From Parcubacteria group bacterium Gr01-1014_8 (GTDB taxonomy: Bacteria; Patescibacteriota; Minisyncoccia; Phycocordibacterales; UBA2100): a stretch of DNA of 64,000 bases. Within the stretch, counting starts at the first letter, position 1. Every line of letters starts with the position of its first letter. Both the position numbers and the translations under genes were made by a program. The notes beneath the pieces were generated by a model. That model made no database searches and was not told the DNA's origin. It saw nothing but the letters and a program-made list of their open reading frames with translations. The stretch spans positions 96,001-160,000 of the forward strand of contig VMGC01000005.1 of the NCBI GenBank assembly GCA_007376385.1. The letters run 5' to 3'. Below are positions 17,250-23,895 of this stretch, in pieces.

Positions 17250-18566
17250 GTGGAATCGGTTGTCGTACTCGTTGACGCGCTCACGGAACTCTTTCACAGG
17301 GCGATAGAGACTGCGCTGCTCGTCGTCAGTATTTCTCCTTTGATCGCGGTAGCGGGAGTGCTGCTTTTTCTACTGGTGATCGCTGCGTACTTAGCGCTGA
17401 GCGCTCGGTGGACTGCAGAGCAGCATGTTGCAGATCTTGTGCATAAGATAGATGCCGTATCTGAAAAACTGAGCGAAGCCGAAAAGATAGGAAAGTTTGG
17501 GAGTTTTACCTGGGACATTGAAGATCCCTCTGAATCGTTCTGGTCGGAGGAAATGTACGCGCTCACGGGACTTTTTCAGAGAGATAAACCTCCCGCTATT
17601 GAGGCGATGGTAGAGGTGGCGCATAAAGCAGATAAAGAAGCAGTACGAACGGCATGGAAAAGCGCAATGATGCGAGCTGGTCCATTCACATTTACTTATC
17701 GTATCGTTCTCGGATCAGAACAGATACGGCACGTGCGCGTACATGGAGTGACCAGCGTGACCAGTGTGGGCAGCGAGAAGCGCCTGCTTCGTATTACCGG
17801 CGTCATGCACGACATCACGAAAGAAATGGAGATAGATAAAGCGAAATCAGAATTCGTTTCGCTTGCGTCGCATCAATTAAAGACGCCGCTCACGTCTATT
17901 CGATGGCTTTCCGAGGCTCTCCTCGGGGGAAAAGCCGGGGAACTTGTCGAAAAGGAGAAGGAATATGTGAGCCAAATACTCGACGCGAACCGGCGGATGG
18001 TGGAAATGGTGAACGAACTTCTGAATGTATCCAAGATCGAGCTCGGAACGTTCGCAACGGATCTTGAAGAGTTTGATGTGTGTGACCTTCTTGCGCGTGT
18101 GGTTGAAGAGCAAAAGCACATGGTTGATGCGAAGAGCATCGCGCTTCGATGTATCTGTGCGTCGGATGTGCCGCATCTTCAGGGGGACAAGGCGATGGTG
18201 AGGATGATCCTCCAAAATCTTGTTTCCAACGCTATTAAATACACCCTGGCCAAGGGTTCTGTTGAATGCGAGATAACGACGGGCGGCGCAAGGCAAGACA
18301 TGCTTTTTATTCGCGTCTCCGACACCGGTATCGGCATTCCGAAAGCGGAGCAGGGCAGAGTGTTCGAGAAATTGCACCGTGCATCGAACGCGGCAGAACT
18401 CGTGCCGGATGGTACCGGTCTTGGATTGTACGTCGTCAAATCTATTGCTGAGAAGACAGGCGGAAATGCAACGTTTGATTCCATCGAAGGCAAGGGCACG
18501 ACGTTTCGTGTTTCGGTGCCGCTTGTATGGAAGGAAAATTATGAGAAGAAATCGGTCGAAATGTAG
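17250..18566 (+). CDS. sensor histidine kinase (TM + PAS-like + HisKA + HATPase_c)
   Basis: H-box FVSLASHQLKTPLTSIRWLSE. N box LQNLVSNAIKYT. G1 DTGIGIP. G2 GTGLGLYVVKSIAEKTGG. N-terminal TM helix. Confidence 0.88.
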   Translation: MESVVVLVDALTELFHRAIETALLVVSISPLIAVAGVLLFLLVIAAYLALSARWTAEQHVADLVHKIDAVSEKLSEAEKIGKFGSFTWDIEDPSESFWSEEMYALTGLFQRDKPPAIEAMVEVAHKADKEAVRTAWKSAMMRAGPFTFTYRIVLGSEQIRHVRVHGVTSVTSVGSEKRLLRITGVMHDITKEMEIDKAKSEFVSLASHQLKTPLTSIRWLSEALLGGKAGELVEKEKEYVSQILDANRRMVEMVNELLNVSKIELGTFATDLEEFDVCDLLARVVEEQKHMVDAKSIALRCICASDVPHLQGDKAMVRMILQNLVSNAIKYTLAKGSVECEITTGGARQDMLFIRVSDTGIGIPKAEQGRVFEKLHRASNAAELVPDGTGLGLYVVKSIAEKTGGNATFDSIEGKGTTFRVSVPLVWKENYEKKSVEM

Positions 18567-18587
18567 AGTGCTACACTAAAGAGAAAT

Positions 18588-18974
18588 ATGAGCGAAAAGA
18601 AACAGACCGTTCTTCTCGTCGAAGATGAGGCGCCAGCTGCACTTGTCCTTTTCGCCGCGCTCGAAAGTGAAGGATATATGGTTCTGAAGGCGACAGACGG
18701 CAAAGAGGGCCTCGCGCTAGCGCTCGCTAACCATCCGGATGTCATTCTTGCAGACCTAAAAATGCCGAAGATGGGCGGCATGGAGATGATCCACGAGATA
18801 CGGCAGGACTCCTGGGGGAAGAAAGCAGAAATAATCATTCTGACGAATGTGACGGATGAAAAGAGCCTGGAAGAAGCGATGAGCGAGGGGACGTTCCACT
18901 ACATGGTGAAGGGGGATTCGAGCGTAGCCGATATCGTCGCAAAGGTTCGCTCGCGGCTCTCTCCGACACAGTAG
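18588..18974 (+). CDS. single-domain response regulator (CheY-like receiver)
   Basis: LLVEDE ... DVILADLKMPKMGG (phospho-acceptor Asp) ... K at the expected position. 128 aa with no output domain. Confidence 0.85.
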   Translation: MSEKKQTVLLVEDEAPAALVLFAALESEGYMVLKATDGKEGLALALANHPDVILADLKMPKMGGMEMIHEIRQDSWGKKAEIIILTNVTDEKSLEEAMSEGTFHYMVKGDSSVADIVAKVRSRLSPTQ

Positions 18975-19026
18975 CGTTTTCCACTCTTGGATACCTTTCA
19001 TATCAAAGAATGTGTAGAATAGCCGC

Positions 19027-19554
19027 ATGGAATACACCATCAAGCGTTCGCGGCGCGCAAAGTATATGCGCCTTCGCGTGCATCCCGGCGGCGTTGTGAT
19101 CTTGACGGTGCCATACGCGAGCGAGGCAACTGCAATTCAGCAATTTGTATCGAGGCAGGCCGAGTGGCTGAAGTGGGCCGTGCGCAAAATGATGCAGTAT
19201 AAGGCCTTGCCGGTCTCCGGGAGGAGGGATTATTTGAAATTCAAGGAAGATGCGAGGAGTTTTCTGCACGAGCGCGTTGCGTATTGGAATGCACACTACA
19301 ACTTTTCATTCCGGCGCATCGCAATAAAGAATACTAGCCGCACATGGGGAAGTTGTTCGAAGAAGGGGAATTTGAACTTCTCTTTTTCACTTCTTTTTCT
19401 TCCGAAAGAACTTGCCGACTACGTTGTTGTGCATGAACTCAGTCACTTGGCGCATCCGAACCATTCCCGCTCGTTTTGGGCGGAGATAGCAAAGACCATC
19501 CCAGATTTTCAGGCGCGCCGACAAGAATTGAAGCGGTACATGCCGCGCAGTTAG
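19027..19554 (+). CDS. YgjP-like metal-dependent hydrolase (DUF45, M48-like HExxH)
   Basis: VVVHELSHLAHPNHSRSFW contains the HExxH motif in the characteristic DUF45 context. Length 175 aa. Confidence 0.78.
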   Translation: MEYTIKRSRRAKYMRLRVHPGGVVILTVPYASEATAIQQFVSRQAEWLKWAVRKMMQYKALPVSGRRDYLKFKEDARSFLHERVAYWNAHYNFSFRRIAIKNTSRTWGSCSKKGNLNFSFSLLFLPKELADYVVVHELSHLAHPNHSRSFWAEIAKTIPDFQARRQELKRYMPRS

Positions 19555-19569
19555 AACACAGAAAGCAAA

Positions 19570-19599
19570 AAGCGCCCCGCCTAAAGAGGCGGGGCGCTT
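19570..19599. terminator. bidirectional rho-independent terminator hairpin (AAGCGCCCCGCC-taaaga-GGCGGGGCGCTT)
   Basis: 12-bp perfect GC-rich stem. The minus-strand side has a U-tract (UUUUGCUUUCU). It sits between the convergent genes 19027..19554 (+) and 19612..20283 (-). Confidence 0.8.
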
Positions 19600-19611
19600 C
19601 GTTTGAGATGA

Positions 19612-20283
19612 TTAAAGACCGATCTCTACTTCTGTCGAACCTTCCATCTTCGTTTTACTTCCTGCTTCTGCACTCGAACCTCCTTCTGCATGCGCCGATG
19701 TCTCGCTTTTGACGGTGGCCGGACCGACGTGAATGTCAGCTGTTCCGTCGCCGTTCACGTCGCCCGCTGTGACATTGATGTCAGCGGTACCATCGCCGCT
19801 GACGTCCCCTGCGGCGACACCTGCGCGAGCCCGGATGTTCTGGATGATGTTCTTGAGGCTTGTGTGGGCTTCTGCTGAAGCACTGCCTTTCACGTTCGTT
19901 TCGACATTGCTGAATGCGTTGATAGCAGTGTTGATGCGCGTAAGGACCGATACCGCAGCTTCCGTCTTGCCGGACGTGCTAAGTTCGTTGGCTGCTTGAA
20001 GCGCGGCTTCTGCATGCGACGAAAATTCTGCTCCCAATTCTGCAGCAACGTCAGCATCCAATTCGCCGCGGGCGCTAAGTTCTGCGGCTTCTTGCAAGCG
20101 GCGTTCGGTAACGCGTGCTTGCCAGTTCGCTTCTGCTTCGCTCGAAACCGTAAGTGCAGCACGGACGTTTTCGTTCACCGACGTTTTCATGCCGTAGAGG
20201 ACGTCTCCCGGGACAGCATTTTCGGCGGCAAAAGAGGCTCCGCCTCCAAGTGCCAAGATCACTACTAGAATGATTGCAATCAT
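19612..20283 (-). CDS. secreted/membrane-anchored Ala/Glu-rich protein (DUF5667-like)
   Basis: N-terminal TM helix followed by AVPGDVLYGMK, typical of DUF5667 N-termini as I recall them. The rest is Ala/Glu/Ser-rich repetitive sequence (GDVSGDGTADINVTAGDVNGDGTADIHV). Confidence 0.5.
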   Translation of the reverse strand: MIAIILVVILALGGGASFAAENAVPGDVLYGMKTSVNENVRAALTVSSEAEANWQARVTERRLQEAAELSARGELDADVAAELGAEFSSHAEAALQAANELSTSGKTEAAVSVLTRINTAINAFSNVETNVKGSASAEAHTSLKNIIQNIRARAGVAAGDVSGDGTADINVTAGDVNGDGTADIHVGPATVKSETSAHAEGGSSAEAGSKTKMEGSTEVEIGL

Positions 20284-20401
20284 ATTGACTAATTAACTTG
20301 TGTTACGTGTAATGACCGCCACGCGGGCGGACGAATATTGAGACGATATACGTCATTAAGTCTTACACGGTCTGTCAAGCCTATTCGGAGGGGCAAAAAG
20401 A

Positions 20402-20431
20402 AAGCGCCCCGCCTCTTTAGGCGGGGCGCTT
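20402..20431. terminator. rho-independent terminator hairpin; inverted copy of the 19570 hairpin
   Basis: AAGCGCCCCGCC-tcttta-GGCGGGGCGCTT followed by CUUUCUU on + and UUUCUUUUUG on -. Downstream of the minus-strand csp. Confidence 0.8.
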
Positions 20432-20462
20432 CTTTCTTGACCGGCACGTGGCTCGCTTACGC

Positions 20463-20518
20463 GGCCACACTTGGATTTTCTAAAGCCGGCATACGCCCGC
20501 TTTAGAAGATCTCGGCGT
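20463..20518 (+). repeat. Family B hairpin repeat, copy B2 (abuts the csp stop codon)
   Basis: GGCCACACTTGGATTTTCTAAAGCCGGCATACGCCCGCTTTAGAAGATCTCGGCG. Inner dyad TCTAAAGC...GCTTTAGA. Confidence 0.8.
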
Positions 20519-20736
20519 TATGCCATCGGCTGAGCAACTGCTCGGCTGACCTGAGTCGCGTTCGGACCTTTCGGAGAGTCCACGACTTCAAACGTCAATT
20601 TGTCACCTTCTCGAAGCTCGTCGAATGTAACGCCGACAAGCTCTTTGGAGTGGAAGAAGACATCCTTCTCCTGCCCCTCGATCTTGATGAACCCAAATCC
20701 TTTATCAGTGATTCGGGCGATTGTTCCTGTTTGCAT
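20518..20736 (-). CDS. cspA: cold-shock protein (CspA family)
   Basis: MQTGTIARITDKGFGFIKIEGQEKDVFFHSKEL carries the RNP1 (KGFGFI) and RNP2 (VFFHS) motifs. The ORF-track N-terminal extension (MRACFYQFYFHFI) was rejected as non-coding. Confidence 0.9.
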   Translation of the reverse strand: MQTGTIARITDKGFGFIKIEGQEKDVFFHSKELVGVTFDELREGDKLTFEVVDSPKGPNATQVSRAVAQPMA

Positions 20737-20935
20737 AATGAAATGAAAATAGAATTGGTAAAAACATGCTCGCAACGCGCTATAGAGTTTAATCCAAGTG
20801 GTCGCAGGTAAGTATCAAAAGCAGTGTGCTGGGAGTTGTAGGTCGATCCCTCTTCTCTGGATCAGCCCTGAAATTGATGCCCGAAGGGTATCACACGCTT
20901 TCTCGCTTGTCCAGTCCTAAAAGAGGGGTATACTG

Positions 20936-20988
20936 CGCCGAGATTTTCTTAGCGGGTACGCCCGCTTTAGAAAATCCAAGTGTGGTCG
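20936..20988 (-). repeat. Family B hairpin repeat, copy B3 (reverse complement), ~200 nt upstream of the csp start
   Basis: The reverse complement reads CGCGACCACACTTGGATTTTCTAAAGCGGGCGTACCCGCTAAGAAAATCTCGGCG, near-identical to B1. Confidence 0.8.
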
Positions 20989-21010
20989 CGAAGCGAGCCA
21001 CCGCCCTGTT

Positions 21011-21484
21011 ATGAAGATAAAGATGAACAAGACAGTACTCATTGCGGGCTCCCTCGCCATTCTGGCTATTGTTGCGCTCTCCGCCTACTTTTTACTATCC
21101 GGCGGGCGCACAGGAGAAGGAGTCCTAGGCGGTTTTGTTTCGGGGCCAGGCCCCGATGAGAGACCGAGATCTATGTTGCTGACCATATGGAGGAGCACGG
21201 GCAGCATCAAGTACACCCGAGAATTCAAGGCAAACGGCAGTCTTATTGATTCATACGACAGCGCTCCGGCTGCTCCGCTCGGAGGCAGATGGATGATAGT
21301 CAATCCACTCCTCGAAACAGCGCTTCCCGTACCAGCAGAGAGCCTCGACTCGACCGTAATAAAGATAATGTTTGATACAGGTGACGTGTTTTATTTTGGT
21401 GTTGATGCTCTATCTGAAACAGAACTGAGGCTAAAGAACTTAAGCGGCAATGGGAACACATTGCGCTACAGCAAGATGAAGTAA
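21011..21484 (+). CDS. membrane-anchored hypothetical protein
   Basis: N-terminal TM helix (VLIAGSLAILAIVALSAYFLL) followed by a soluble domain. No family recognised. Confidence 0.45.
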   Translation: MKIKMNKTVLIAGSLAILAIVALSAYFLLSGGRTGEGVLGGFVSGPGPDERPRSMLLTIWRSTGSIKYTREFKANGSLIDSYDSAPAAPLGGRWMIVNPLLETALPVPAESLDSTVIKIMFDTGDVFYFGVDALSETELRLKNLSGNGNTLRYSKMK

Positions 21485-21508
21485 GAGATTCTGTGCAAGA
21501 TCACAAGA

Positions 21509-21787
21509 TCAGATGCCGAGCAGTTTGCCGAACGTAACGATAGCAGTTCCGACGAAACGTATAGGGTCAACTTTTGCGCGAGACGTGCGAGAGCTCGTGT
21601 TCGCGTACGTACCCGGATAGAGGTACATCTCTACATATGAATCTCTTGCAGCCATTCTGTTCGTTATCTGTGTCGTATCGGGGCTGGCGACGGGACCGAA
21701 TGCCAGATAGTACCCGCCGGCGATAATGACAACGACGCTGACCACAATTGTCGCAAGAGGGGAGACAGGACTCATATTTTGTTGCAT
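21509..21787 (-). CDS. small membrane-anchored hypothetical protein
   Basis: 92 aa with an N-terminal TM helix (LATIVVSVVVIIAGGYYLAF). Confidence 0.4.
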   Translation of the reverse strand: MQQNMSPVSPLATIVVSVVVIIAGGYYLAFGPVASPDTTQITNRMAARDSYVEMYLYPGTYANTSSRTSRAKVDPIRFVGTAIVTFGKLLGI

Positions 21788-21925
21788 AAAATGTTCAGCA
21801 CTTACGTTAGATACTGTAATTATACGAGTTATTTGGATACTTTAGGTACCTCCTGTGAATAGCATCACAACACCAGATTTTCTCCATGTGTGCAAGTGTG
21901 AGGGCATGATATAACGCGAGCCCAT

Positions 21926-22450
21926 ATGAATAGGGCTTCTATACAGCTTTCCTGCCTCGCATCCATGATGGCAGCCGTGTTTATGATCGTACCCGTAACT
22001 GCGGATGCGCAATATTATGACGACTATGGCTCCCAAATAGCGTATGAGGAAGTGTACGACTTTGGTTATGGATACGATTACAGTGATTTCTACGATACCT
22101 ACGATTATTACGATTACGGATATGACGACTACTCGCAGTACCAGTGGGTGAGTTACGGGGGAAACTATGGAGGCGGATACAATTCTCCCTACCAGTCTGC
22201 GTATCCATATCAAGCAGCGTTTCCGGTCTCATACGGCCAGCAGCAATATGGCCAACCGTACGCGCAGTACACTTTTTCCGCATACCAATTCAATTCTCCG
22301 TATCAATACACGTACAATGCATCGCCTACCGGCGATTACATTCCATACGTGAACGAGCCGCTGTGCGACTACCCGGGCTATGGCCGCTATTCGTGCAGTT
22401 ATCATCCAAGCCAGCCGATATACGACTACTGGACAGGTACCTGGTACTAG
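21926..22450 (+). CDS. secreted Tyr/Asp/Gly-rich low-complexity protein
   Basis: Signal peptide, then repetitive Tyr-rich sequence (YDYSDFYDTYDYYDYGYDDYSQYQW...GGNYGGGYNSPYQSAYPYQ). Roughly one residue in five is Tyr. Confidence 0.55.
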   Translation: MNRASIQLSCLASMMAAVFMIVPVTADAQYYDDYGSQIAYEEVYDFGYGYDYSDFYDTYDYYDYGYDDYSQYQWVSYGGNYGGGYNSPYQSAYPYQAAFPVSYGQQQYGQPYAQYTFSAYQFNSPYQYTYNASPTGDYIPYVNEPLCDYPGYGRYSCSYHPSQPIYDYWTGTWY

Positions 22451-22597
22451 AGAGGTGTTTGCTCGGCATGTGTTTGCAGCCGCTGGTGTCCGGCGCTGCA
22501 CATTCGGTCTGTTGCTCTTAGTACTTCCTACATTCAGCCTACTGGCTTCAGTATTTCCTCGTTCTTCACTTGGTCATCGCTCTGCGCTCGGCAGGCT

Positions 22598-22637
22598 GCA
22601 TACCTTAGTGGTGCCGACCGGCACCACTAAGGTATGC
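22598..22637. repeat. Family A palindromic element, copy A1
   Basis: GCATACCTTAGTGGTGCCGACCGGCACCACTAAGGTATGC is a perfect 40-nt palindrome. It lies just upstream of the Rpf-like gene. Confidence 0.8.
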
Positions 22638-22696
22638 GTTCTTTGCGGGGATATCTTTCTTGTTTGGGGCATCGTACGCCTGCTACTGTTACTGGG

Positions 22697-23677
22697 ATGA
22701 TGTTAAGAATTAAGAGTGCAGCAGGCTTCGTTCTACTCTTGCTGCTTTTGCCGCCTCTCGTAGGCGCACAAGGGCTGCCTGAGTCGCCAGCGTCCCCCAA
22801 TAAAGACGTTGAGGCGCTCGTTCGCGCGGAATTTGCAGACATACCGCTCATGATATCCATCGCACAGTGCGAATCAGAAATGAGGCAGTATGGCCCGCCC
22901 GGCAAGGGCGCAAACGGGGCCCTGCACGGAGGCGCAGGCGGCGCGATGGTAGGAGTCTTTCAGATCCATGAAGGAGTTCACCGCGCGGCAGCCAAAGCAA
23001 AGGGCATGGATATTGATACGCTCGAAGGAAATATCGCCTACGCGCGCTACCTATTTCAAACAGAAGGTACGAATCCGTGGCTCTCATCAGCGTCGTGTTG
23101 GCAGAGTACAGCGATGACGATTTCCTCCGTTGTTGATCCTGGTTCGATTGTTGTACCCGGCGATGTTGCGGAGCATAAGATATACACGTTTAATTCGCGC
23201 ACGCTCACCGCCGCATTGAAAATCGGCGACACGAAGCCAGAGGTCATCACGCTGCAAAAGATGCTGAACGGATCAGGTTTTGTGCTTGCTGAGTCCGGCC
23301 CAGGCTCGCCGGGCAATGAGACATCTACCTTCGGCCCCTTAACACGCGCGGCAGTGCGAACCCTGCAGTGTCATTCAAAGATAATTTGCTCCGGCGACGA
23401 AAAAACGACTGGCTTTGGATTCGTCGGTCCGCGCACGCGTGCAGCCCTCATGCAATTTGCAAAGGATAACGTGTACGTTCAGCCAGAGCCGATAATTGTG
23501 ACTGTGCCCCTGGACGGGCAGGCCGGCAGCTCTTCAACGTCTACAGCGTCGACTACACCACCAGGTTCTTCCGGCTCACCGACTTCCATGACGCCAGAAA
23601 AAGCTGCTCAAATAGATCTCTTGCAAGCACAGATACATGAGTTGCAACATCGAATTGCCGAACTAATGGATACGTGA
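22697..23677 (+). CDS. secreted lysozyme-like/Rpf-like transglycosylase domain protein with two peptidoglycan-binding (PG_binding_1) repeats and a C-terminal coiled coil
   Basis: Signal peptide (MMLRIKSAAGFVLLLLLLPPLVGA). IAQCES...GVFQIHEG...NIAYARYL...W resembles the transglycosylase-like/SLT lysozyme fold. TLQKMLNGSGF...FGPLTRAAVRTLQ and GFVGPRTRAALMQF are PG_binding_1-like. Confidence 0.65.
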   Translation: MMLRIKSAAGFVLLLLLLPPLVGAQGLPESPASPNKDVEALVRAEFADIPLMISIAQCESEMRQYGPPGKGANGALHGGAGGAMVGVFQIHEGVHRAAAKAKGMDIDTLEGNIAYARYLFQTEGTNPWLSSASCWQSTAMTISSVVDPGSIVVPGDVAEHKIYTFNSRTLTAALKIGDTKPEVITLQKMLNGSGFVLAESGPGSPGNETSTFGPLTRAAVRTLQCHSKIICSGDEKTTGFGFVGPRTRAALMQFAKDNVYVQPEPIIVTVPLDGQAGSSSTSTASTTPPGSSGSPTSMTPEKAAQIDLLQAQIHELQHRIAELMDT

Positions 23678-23895
23678 GCACAAGAACCTGATATCGACCG
23701 GATATGGTGCCGTAGACCCCCGAACTCGCGCGGCGATAGCGGCTGTGTGCAGCTTTTGAATAGAATGTTAGTCAGCAGAATTGCCGAAGCTGTAGATACG
23801 TGAGCTAATATTTTGGGGTCAGTTTTCCACTGGCACATTGCCGGACGGCCTGCTATTCTGCAGCCAATGACTCACCCCGGAACGGCCGTCATGAT

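Noticed and set aside
20737-20775. N-terminal extension of csp (MRACFYQFYFHFI) from the ORF track
   Set aside because: Csp proteins start at M-x-x-G-x-V/I-KWFN/ARI. The extension is hydrophobic junk, and the conserved start MQTGTIARI lies at 20736.
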